Source: Candidatus Heimdallarchaeota archaeon
Lineage (GTDB): Archaea > Asgardarchaeota > Heimdallarchaeia > Heimdallarchaeales > Heimdallarchaeaceae
DNA length: 14,041 bases
Assembly: GCA_030668825.1 (NCBI GenBank)
Contig: DAOVET010000068.1
Span: 1 to 14,041 of the forward strand
Direction of reading: 5' to 3'
Positions within the stretch are counted from its first letter, which is position 1, and every line of letters starts with the position of its first letter. Positions 7,062 to 14,041 of this stretch are shown here, piece by piece. Below the pieces are notes generated by a model. It was not told the DNA's origin. It was given only the letters and a program-made list of their open reading frames with translations, and searched no databases. A program made the position numbers and the translations under genes.

Positions 7062-7805
7062 ATGAGCCAAGATTTTAGAGGTGTTACAATAGATAGACGA
7101 ATAGATTTACGTGGAAAGTCTATCGTTCGTTTAGAAAAGCATGGGAGGCGATATGAATTACTTGTCAATCCTGAGCCTGCTTGGAGATTATTACAAGGGG
7201 AAGAGGTTGAAATAGACGATATATTTGAAGTATTTGTAGTATATGAAAATTTATCGCGGGGAGTTAAAGCAACAAAAGATGATTTAGAAGTTGCTTTTGA
7301 AGGATTGACAGAAAGAGAAATAGCAGTTAAAATTCTGAAAGAAGGAAAACTTCAATTAACTGCTGATCAGAGAAATGAAATTCTTAAAGAAAAGAGAATT
7401 GAAATTGTTGACTTCATTCATATTCACTGTATAAATCCACGAGAAAATGTTCCTATCCCCAAGGATAGGATAGAAAAGGCTATTCTTGATTTGGGAGTTA
7501 ATATTGATTACAAGGAAGAAGCAAAAAATCAAGCTTTAGAAATTATTAATCAACTAAAACCTATTATGCCTATTCGACTGGAATCAGTTAAATTAGCAAT
7601 AAAAATACCTCCAAATTATACTGGACCACTTTATGGTTTTATACTATCTGCAGGCAATTTAATTCAAGAAGAATGGTTATCAGATGGTAGTTTAGCAATG
7701 GTAACCCAAATACCATCTGGAACTCAAGCAGATTTCTTGGAACAAGTAACTTCGCGAACTAAAGGAAAAGCGCAAGTCAAGATATTAGAAAGACTTGCAG
7801 AATAA
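7062..7805 (+). CDS. sdo1: Ribosome maturation factor SBDS/Sdo1
   Basis: Motifs IVRLEKHGRRYELLV, ILKEGKLQLTADQR, INPR..PIP..RIEKA and MPIR, EEWLSDGS. The start is placed at the second ATG (7062, preceded by GAGTGGT) rather than 7014. Confidence 0.95.
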   Translation: MSQDFRGVTIDRRIDLRGKSIVRLEKHGRRYELLVNPEPAWRLLQGEEVEIDDIFEVFVVYENLSRGVKATKDDLEVAFEGLTEREIAVKILKEGKLQLTADQRNEILKEKRIEIVDFIHIHCINPRENVPIPKDRIEKAILDLGVNIDYKEEAKNQALEIINQLKPIMPIRLESVKLAIKIPPNYTGPLYGFILSAGNLIQEEWLSDGSLAMVTQIPSGTQADFLEQVTSRTKGKAQVKILERLAE

Positions 7806-7827
7806 ATAACAAAGATTGTGATTAATA

Positions 7828-8529
7828 ATGTCCATTATTAAAGTAAAGAATCATGAAATAGTTATTCCAGGTGATTTACTAGCAGAAGGCAATTTCAAAT
7901 ATGGTGAGGGAGTCATAAGAAAGGGAAATGTCTATTACTCTACACTTGTAGGTCTTTTTCAAGATAAAGGAGAGTTTATTCAGGTAAAATCTCTAAGAGG
8001 TAAATATATCCCTAGACCTGGTGATCTAGTAATCGGTAAGATAGTTGAAGTTGGATTAACTAATTGGATTGTTGATGTTGGCTCCCCTTATGCGGCGGTA
8101 TTACTAGCCAATAATGCAACAGATAAGCGATTTGATCCAGTAAAGGATGATACCAGAAAAATATTCGATATTGGGGATATTATCCTAACAAAAATTGCAA
8201 GTTTTGACAGAACCAGAGACCCTTCATTACTCACTAATGAGAGAGGATTAGGAAAATTAAGAGGGGGAAGAGTGATAGAGATTGAAGCAGCACATATTCC
8301 TCGAGTTATTGGAAAGAAGGGTACTATGATCAATATGGTTAAAAGACTTACAAGAACACAAATTATAACTGGTCAAAATGGAAGAATTTGGATTCATGGA
8401 AAAAAGCCTGAAGATGAAATAAAGGCTATTGAATCAATTACAAAAATAGAGTTAGAAGCACATACACAGGGATTAACTGATAGAATACGCGATATGCTAT
8501 CTAACGGTCAAACAGAAAATGAGAAGTGA
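7828..8529 (+). CDS. rrp4: Exosome RNA-binding cap subunit Rrp4 (S1+KH)
   Basis: Motifs IVIPGDLL, YIPRPGDLVIGKI, IPRVIGKKGTMI, GQNGRIWI and EAHTQGLTDRI; operon position. Confidence 0.96.
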   Translation: MSIIKVKNHEIVIPGDLLAEGNFKYGEGVIRKGNVYYSTLVGLFQDKGEFIQVKSLRGKYIPRPGDLVIGKIVEVGLTNWIVDVGSPYAAVLLANNATDKRFDPVKDDTRKIFDIGDIILTKIASFDRTRDPSLLTNERGLGKLRGGRVIEIEAAHIPRVIGKKGTMINMVKRLTRTQIITGQNGRIWIHGKKPEDEIKAIESITKIELEAHTQGLTDRIRDMLSNGQTENEK

Positions 8530-9310
8530 TATTATGGCAGGAGATGGAACAGTCCAACTAATCGATGAAAAAGGAAAAAGAATAGATGGACGAGATTTAG
8601 ACGAATTACGTCCTTTAAGTATTAAAATTGGTGTATTAAAAAATGCAGATGGTTCTGCAGAAATTCGAATGGGAAAGAACATTATTGTTGCTGCGGTATA
8701 CGGACCTAGAGAACTGCATCCAAAACACAGAGCATTACCAGATAAAGCATTAATTCAATGCTTTTATCGAATGTCAACTTTTTCAGTCAATGACAGAAAA
8801 AGCCCAGCTCCCTCAAGGAGAGAAAGGGAAATTTCTATGATTCTTGCAGATTCCTTATCTTCAGTTGTTCTAACAGAAAAGTATCCAAGAACAGCTATAG
8901 ATGTATATATGCAAGTACTTCAAGCTGATGGTGGTACTCGTTGTGCTAGTTTGATAGCTGCTTCTGTTGCTCTAGCTGATGCTGGAGTTCCAATGAGAGG
9001 TATAGTTTCCTCAGTAGCCGCGGGATTAATTAATGACAAAGTTGTTCTAGATTTATATGATTTAGAAGACCAGAAGGGATCGGGTGATATGCCTATAGCA
9101 TATGCTCCTACTTTAGATGAAATTTCTTTACTTCAACTAGATGGAGTCTTCACCTTAGATCAATTTGACGAAAGCTTAGATTTGGCTGTCAAAGGTGCAA
9201 AAGAAATATTCGAAATTCAAAAAAAGGCCCTAAAACAGAAATATACAGATATTAGAGCTGAAGTCAAGGAAAAACCTAAAGCTGAAGTCAAAGAAGAAGG
9301 AGTAGAGTAA
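8519..9310 (+). CDS. rrp41: Exosome catalytic subunit Rrp41 (RNase PH fold)
   Basis: Motifs RIDGR..ELRP, VYGPRE, PSRREREIS, phosphate-binding QADGGTR and catalytic LDLYDLED. An alternative start at 8534 is possible. Confidence 0.96.
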   Translation: MRSDIMAGDGTVQLIDEKGKRIDGRDLDELRPLSIKIGVLKNADGSAEIRMGKNIIVAAVYGPRELHPKHRALPDKALIQCFYRMSTFSVNDRKSPAPSRREREISMILADSLSSVVLTEKYPRTAIDVYMQVLQADGGTRCASLIAASVALADAGVPMRGIVSSVAAGLINDKVVLDLYDLEDQKGSGDMPIAYAPTLDEISLLQLDGVFTLDQFDESLDLAVKGAKEIFEIQKKALKQKYTDIRAEVKEKPKAEVKEEGVE

Positions 9311-9311
9311 A

Positions 9312-10127
9312 ATGGGAGATAATTATGTTATTAGTGAAATAGAGAAAGATCACATTCTATTCCTTTTGGAACAGAATAAGAGATCCGATAATCGAGAATT
9401 GAATCAGATTAGAGAGATTAATATTGAAACACATTATGTAGGAAAAGCCGAAGGATCAGCGGTTGTAACACTTGGAGATACCAAACTGATTGTTGGAGTT
9501 AAAGCAATTTTAGGGAGCCCTTTTCCAGATACTCCAAACACAGGTGTTATTACAACAAGTGCAGAACTTTCTCCCTTAGCCTCACCATATTTTGAAAGTG
9601 GTCCTCCTTCAAACAATGCAATAGAACTTGCAAGGGTAACTGATAGAGGAATAAGAGAATCTCCTTGTATAGATTTATCGAAATTATGCATTGTTCCTGA
9701 AAAAACTGTTTGGATATTGTTTATAGATTTTTACATCTTAAATGATGCTGGAAATTTATTTGATGCTGCCACACTAGGCGCATTAGCAGCTTTAGCAACT
9801 GCTGAAATACCTAAAATCAAAGTTGGAGAAGATGGAGTGGTTGAAGTTTTAGAAGAAAAAGAACCACTACAAATAGATCATTATCCTGTTTCTGTAACAT
9901 CGTATAAAATAGATAAATTCAACATTTTTGATGCTAACTTCAAAGAAGAAAGAGTTAGTAACTCTAGAATAACCTTTGGTTTCGATGAAGAAGACCATAT
10001 TGTGTCAGTGCAAAAGGGAAAACAAGGAGTTTATACCCCTGTAGAAATAAAGAAAATACTTCGAGAAAGCTTACTTGTATCGAAAACTTTAAGGAAAGAG
10101 CTAATGAAAGCGCTCTCGAAGAAATAA
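9312..10127 (+). CDS. rrp42: Exosome subunit Rrp42
   Basis: Motifs KAEGSA, PFPDTPNTG, FESGPP, ELARVTDRGIRES and GNLFDA. Confidence 0.96.
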   Translation: MGDNYVISEIEKDHILFLLEQNKRSDNRELNQIREINIETHYVGKAEGSAVVTLGDTKLIVGVKAILGSPFPDTPNTGVITTSAELSPLASPYFESGPPSNNAIELARVTDRGIRESPCIDLSKLCIVPEKTVWILFIDFYILNDAGNLFDAATLGALAALATAEIPKIKVGEDGVVEVLEEKEPLQIDHYPVSVTSYKIDKFNIFDANFKEERVSNSRITFGFDEEDHIVSVQKGKQGVYTPVEIKKILRESLLVSKTLRKELMKALSKK

Positions 10128-10139
10128 GTGGTGTAAAAA

Positions 10140-10421
10140 ATGCCCAAAACAAAAAAAGTTGGCTCAACAGGACGTTACGGTGCTAGGTATGGTAGTACAA
10201 TTAGAAAACGAGTAAGAGAGATAGAAAACAAAAGTAAAGCTGTTTACAAATGCCCTGTTTGTCAAATGAAGACTTTAAAAAGAGCTGGTCTTGGTATATG
10301 GGAGTGTTCTAAATGCGGTGAAAAACTCGCAGGTGGAGCATGGGAACCCGACACTAGTGCAGGGCGAAGTATAACACGAAGAGTTACTCGTATATCTGAA
10401 GGATTAAAAGAAGACTTCTAA
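10140..10421 (+). CDS. rpl37ae: 50S ribosomal protein L37Ae (eL43)
   Basis: Motifs KKVGSTGRYGARYG, CPVC...GIWECSKC and AGGAW. Confidence 0.97.
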   Translation: MPKTKKVGSTGRYGARYGSTIRKRVREIENKSKAVYKCPVCQMKTLKRAGLGIWECSKCGEKLAGGAWEPDTSAGRSITRRVTRISEGLKEDF

Positions 10422-10428
10422 TCCCTCC

Positions 10429-10451
10429 TATTTTTTATTTTATTTGTTTTT
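10429..10451 (+). terminator. T-rich terminator after rpl37ae
   Basis: TATTTTTTATTTTATTTGTTTTT immediately after the stop codon. Confidence 0.55.
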
Positions 10452-10497
10452 AGTTTAGCATACTTACATTTTAAAACTCTAAACCGTTGTGAACTTA

Positions 10498-11076
10498 ATG
10501 ACTAAAATTGGTTATACTACATCACGCTCTCCAACCAACAAAACTAGAACCTTCATCCATGATATGGTCAGTGTGGTTCCTCGTTCTTCAAGGATTCCGA
10601 GAGGATCGGCAAACGAATTTTTTTGTTTGAATTCTATGAAAAATCAAGGCTATGGAACAGCTGTTATAATTAACTCGGTAAAAGGTAATCCGAATTTTGT
10701 TAGATTATTTAACTTAACAGATAAAATAGAAGAAATACCCTATGCCATAAAGATTAGAGGTTTAACGTTATCTAGGGATTATCAGGAAAAAGGTAGAAAA
10801 CGAAAATCTGCTGTTTCAATATTAATTTCAACTCTTGAGAATCCTGTTGAAGAGGAAATTCTAAAGAAATTTTTAGGTATAACTAACGAATCAATCGAGA
10901 AAATCAAAGATAAGGAATATGTAACTGTTTATGCAGATTATCTGGATAAAGAAGATGGTATTATCTTCTTAGAATTTCTCGATAAAAACAACAAACAGAC
11001 CGGGCCTCGCATAAAATTGAGAATAATAGAAAGGCAGATTCAAGACAATAATACGAAAAAAATAGATGGTGATTGA
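10498..11076 (+). CDS. Brix-domain ribosome biogenesis protein (archaeal Imp4-like)
   Basis: N-terminal YTTSRSPTNKTRTFIHD, RG, KGNP and terminal GPRIKLR; conserved operon position. ATG 10498 is preferred over GTG 10489, with TTTTAAAA at 10469-10476 upstream. Confidence 0.88.
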   Translation: MTKIGYTTSRSPTNKTRTFIHDMVSVVPRSSRIPRGSANEFFCLNSMKNQGYGTAVIINSVKGNPNFVRLFNLTDKIEEIPYAIKIRGLTLSRDYQEKGRKRKSAVSILISTLENPVEEEILKKFLGITNESIEKIKDKEYVTVYADYLDKEDGIIFLEFLDKNNKQTGPRIKLRIIERQIQDNNTKKIDGD

Positions 11077-11350
11077 CATTCAGGAAAAAACCATTTCAAA
11101 CATAGATATTCTTTTTGAGATTAAATTATCTGATGCTGAAAGTTGCAATCAAATATATTCCAACTTACTTCTAGAAACTGATTTCGATTCAAATGAACGG
11201 TCTGCTGTTACCATCAAGAAACAAGACTCAACATTGATTTTGAAAATTAATGCAAAAGATTCTGTCTCAGCAAGAGCTACAGTTAATTCATATCTCAAAT
11301 GGATTGATTTATCCTTTCAGTTAATGACATATATTAAGAAGAAATCTTAA
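11066..11350 (+). CDS. pcc1: KEOPS complex subunit Pcc1
   Basis: Motifs ERSAV, LILKINAKD..SARATVNSYLKWI; small size; located after the Brix gene. Confidence 0.9.
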   Translation: MVIDIQEKTISNIDILFEIKLSDAESCNQIYSNLLLETDFDSNERSAVTIKKQDSTLILKINAKDSVSARATVNSYLKWIDLSFQLMTYIKKKS

Positions 11351-11358
11351 AGACAGAA

Positions 11359-12186
11359 TTAGGTAATATCGGCTTTTTTCAGCTTCTTCTGAACTAAAGG
11401 TTTAACAAAAACTTGTCTTGCTGTAACCTTGAGATACAGTCGCTTCTTGAAATATTTAGCAACTTCTCGGTAAGAATCAATTGCACTCCACACGCTAGGA
11501 TAAGCATCAATCTCATTCACAATTATTTTACTGAATCCTCTTTTTTTAATCTCCTGAAGAATTTGCTTTACTGGAAGAATTCCTGCTCCGAATGAGTAAT
11601 GAGAATCTTCTCCTTCAGTGCAATCTGATAGATGAATTTCTTCTAATTCATCAAATGGCATTTTATCCAATAAATCAAGATATTTTTCTGGACCATTACG
11701 TAAATAAGAATGAGCAACGTCAAATAACCATCCTTTAAGTTGATTCCCTAACTCTTTTTTGAATAGATTATATAGTTCAATAAATTCCTCATCAGAGGTT
11801 AACACAATATTCTCTACGACCAAAGGAATTTTTAGTTGTTTAATATTTTTCAATAACGTTTCTAGGTTCCCATGAGTTTCGACAGGATGAAAAACCCCTA
11901 AAATGATATTCAGATCCTTTCCATAAATATTTACCAACTTAATAATATCTTGAATTTCTTTTTCCTTTTCAGGATAAGCGAAATCGAATCCTTCTATTCC
12001 TTCCACAGGTAAATGGAATGTGGTTTTCATCGTTCCCACAGCTTCGATTATTTTATCTATGTTTTCCAAATTTACTCCTTGGGGGTTTATTTCACATGAT
12101 TCGATTCCTAGTAATTTAGCTAGACGTATGATGTGTTCACAACCAAGCCCCTTATACGCTTGAACAGTCTGACCTATTAGTTCCAT
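11359..12186 (-). CDS. Xylose-isomerase-like/AP endonuclease 2 TIM-barrel metalloenzyme
   Basis: Motifs TFHLP, VFHP, LVVEN, FDVAHSY, EIHLSD, DSH..GAG and IVNE. Substrate unknown. Confidence 0.85.
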   Translation of the reverse strand: MELIGQTVQAYKGLGCEHIIRLAKLLGIESCEINPQGVNLENIDKIIEAVGTMKTTFHLPVEGIEGFDFAYPEKEKEIQDIIKLVNIYGKDLNIILGVFHPVETHGNLETLLKNIKQLKIPLVVENIVLTSDEEFIELYNLFKKELGNQLKGWLFDVAHSYLRNGPEKYLDLLDKMPFDELEEIHLSDCTEGEDSHYSFGAGILPVKQILQEIKKRGFSKIIVNEIDAYPSVWSAIDSYREVAKYFKKRLYLKVTARQVFVKPLVQKKLKKADIT

Positions 12187-12246
12187 ACTAACTGATGCGA
12201 TGGAGAAATATTTAAACTCATCCCCAAATTATGCTTTGAAATCTAA

Positions 12247-13002
12247 ATGAATGCAAAGAGAGCAATAGTTCGTGAACCCAGTAAGAGTTATATTAACTGT
12301 GTAACTTCTCATCCGATGGGCCATACAGTAAATTTATCTTTGGCAAAAGAGCAACATGGGAGATATTGTGAGACTCTAAGAGAACTAGGTTTAGATCTCA
12401 TAAAACTGCCACCAAAGGATCTCCTTCCAGATTCGTGCTTTGTAGAAGATAATGTTGTTGTACATGGTAAGAAAGCTCTGGTTACACGAATGGCATTAGA
12501 AAGCCGAAGGGGGGAGGTTGAAGATGTACAGAAAACATTGCTGAACTATCTTTCTGTAAAAAGAGCTACAGCTCCTGCTATTATTGAGGGTGGAGATGTT
12601 GTTCATCTCCCGGATAAGTTAATTTGTGGAATTACTCAAAGAACAAACCAACATGGTGTGAATCAATTAAGATCTTGGTTAGATATTGAGATTTCATCAA
12701 TAACTAACTCTAATATTGTTCACTTAAAGAGCTACATCAAATATCTTGGAAAGAACACTGCTATTACAACAACTGAATATGATAACCACCCTCTGCTGAA
12801 GAATCTTGAATTGGTTATAGTTCCAGAAGAAGAATACTACTCTGTAAACTGTTTAGCTGTAGCTGATACAGTTATTATGTCTGATAAGTTTTCATACGCA
12901 CAAAAAGCAGTAGAAAATGCTGGCTTTTATGTTATCTCATTGAACATGAGTGAATTTGAGAAATGTCAAGCATCTTTAACCTGTCTATCAATCTTATTCT
13001 AA
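12247..13002 (+). CDS. Dimethylarginine dimethylaminohydrolase (amidinotransferase/pentein family)
   Basis: Motifs AIVR, PDSCFVED, SRRGEV, EGGDV, HLKS and SEFEK..SLTCLS (Cys-His-acid triad residues present). Confidence 0.9.
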   Translation: MNAKRAIVREPSKSYINCVTSHPMGHTVNLSLAKEQHGRYCETLRELGLDLIKLPPKDLLPDSCFVEDNVVVHGKKALVTRMALESRRGEVEDVQKTLLNYLSVKRATAPAIIEGGDVVHLPDKLICGITQRTNQHGVNQLRSWLDIEISSITNSNIVHLKSYIKYLGKNTAITTTEYDNHPLLKNLELVIVPEEEYYSVNCLAVADTVIMSDKFSYAQKAVENAGFYVISLNMSEFEKCQASLTCLSILF

Positions 13003-13074
13003 TTTATGAGAATTGTTTCTTCTAAATAAATACAAAGGTCTAAATAAGAAAATCTCCAATTTAGTTTGATTGAT

Positions 13075-13662
13075 ATGTTCTTCCTTAGGCGTGTCTACAA
13101 ATCTATAATTGGTTTTATTACTTGTACAATTGTCGTTGTTCTTCTAATGTTAGTACTCTGGCCAACACTTGGTATCGAAGCTTTAGATATTGCAAATGCA
13201 GCACTAGTTGCTGATCATGGCTCTGGTGGTCATTTCTGGTTAATGCTTTTGATTCTCTTAGTAGTCAACATATTTATCAAAATGAATCTACCTATTCCAA
13301 TTCCAATTCTGGAAACTTATGGTCTTGATAATACCTTGGGTAATGGAGGAGTATATGTTTTGATACTAGTTATTTGGTTAATCGGTTCTTTTGTTGGAGG
13401 TTTAGTTTCCAGAGGGGGATTAAGATCCGGTGCTTGGTCTGCAATGTTATCCTTCCTATTTCTAGACTTCATTTTTGCTACAATGACTTCTTCATTTTTT
13501 GGCTCTGGAGGTCTATTTTTTAGTACTTTCTTTGCAACATTGATTTTAGGTTCATTCATTTTTGTGCCATTAATAGGACTTGTAGGTGGAATAACAGGGG
13601 GTATTTTAGGGAAAATGCTTTTCACTAAATCTAAGGATAAAAAGAAAGATCCAGAAGAGTAA
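13075..13662 (+). CDS. Gly-rich integral membrane protein (~5 TM), function unknown
   Basis: About five hydrophobic segments with GxxxG motifs and a basic/acidic tail. ATG 13075 is preferred over TTG 13066. Confidence 0.8.
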   Translation: MFFLRRVYKSIIGFITCTIVVVLLMLVLWPTLGIEALDIANAALVADHGSGGHFWLMLLILLVVNIFIKMNLPIPIPILETYGLDNTLGNGGVYVLILVIWLIGSFVGGLVSRGGLRSGAWSAMLSFLFLDFIFATMTSSFFGSGGLFFSTFFATLILGSFIFVPLIGLVGGITGGILGKMLFTKSKDKKKDPEE

Positions 13663-13730
13663 TATAAACAACATTCTCCCATTACCCACATATTTTTTAT
13701 ATTGAAACATTTATGGTCTAAATGACATTA

Positions 13731-14041
13731 ATGGCTAGTAAAAAAGATAATCCAGTTGTCCCTTGGGTTGAAAAATATCGCCCTGAGCGATTAGAAGATT
13801 TTGTTGGAAACAAGGAGGCAATTCAGAAGTTAGAAAATTGGCTGAAAAGCTGGAACCAACAAAGGAAGAAAGTTGTTCTATTGGCAGGACCTGCTGGAGT
13901 AGGTAAAACTAGTGTTGTATATTATCTAATAAAGAAATATGATTATGAGTTTGTTGAAGTAAATGCTAGCGATAAAAGAAATAAAAAAGCTGTTGAGCTA
14001 CTTGTTGGAAAATCATCAACTGAAGGAACTGTGCTTCAAGG
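13731..14041 (+). CDS. rfcL: Replication factor C large subunit, 5' part (truncated by the window; absent from the ORF track)
   Basis: Hand translation: MASKKDNPVVPWVEKYRPERLEDFVGNKEAIQKLENWLKSW...LLAGPAGVGKTS...VEVNASDKRN. The WLKSW segment is typical of the large subunit. An in-frame alternative ATG lies at 13722. Confidence 0.92.
   Translation, partial: MASKKDNPVVPWVEKYRPERLEDFVGNKEAIQKLENWLKSWNQQRKKVVLLAGPAGVGKTSVVYYLIKKYDYEFVEVNASDKRNKKAVELLVGKSSTEGTVLQ

Noticed and set aside
9256-9291. 12-bp direct repeat AGCTGAAGTCAA with 24-nt period
   Set aside because: A small in-frame duplication (AEVKE twice) in the disordered Rrp41 tail; not a CRISPR array or mobile-element end.
1598-13691. Shadow ORFs in the track (e.g. 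1598-1924, 2596-2805, 2857-3081, 4417-4752, 8088-8333, 9434-9691, 13317-13691)
   Set aside because: They are antisense or overlapping to well-supported genes and carry no motifs. The Gly-rich ones are mirror images of Pro-rich codons.

Overview
AT-rich archaeal chromosomal window, most consistent with an Asgard archaeon (Heimdallarchaeia-like). This is inferred from an ESCRT-I-like UEV protein and the archaeal exosome operon. The core is a shortened exosome superoperon (SBDS-rrp4-rrp41-rrp42-rpl37ae-Brix-pcc1) lacking its usual psmA, rpoP and prefoldin-beta neighbours. Flanking genes encode a UEV/Vps23-like protein, an AglH/DPAGT1-like GlcNAc-1-P transferase coupled to a 2-TM protein, a coiled-coil/Pro-rich protein ending in a WH2-like motif, an M28/PA peptidase, an Fpg/Nei glycosylase, an NTPase, a TIM-barrel protein, DDAH, a membrane protein and the 5' part of rfcL. 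The least explained signal is the first ~340 bp. It holds two tandem, ORF-free, GC-enriched, structured segments on the minus strand, each behind its own TATA box: a ~165-nt RNA of no family I recognise, and a truncated RNA whose 5' end resembles the eukaryotic 7SL/SRP Alu domain. All calls come from reading motifs by eye; no searches were run.
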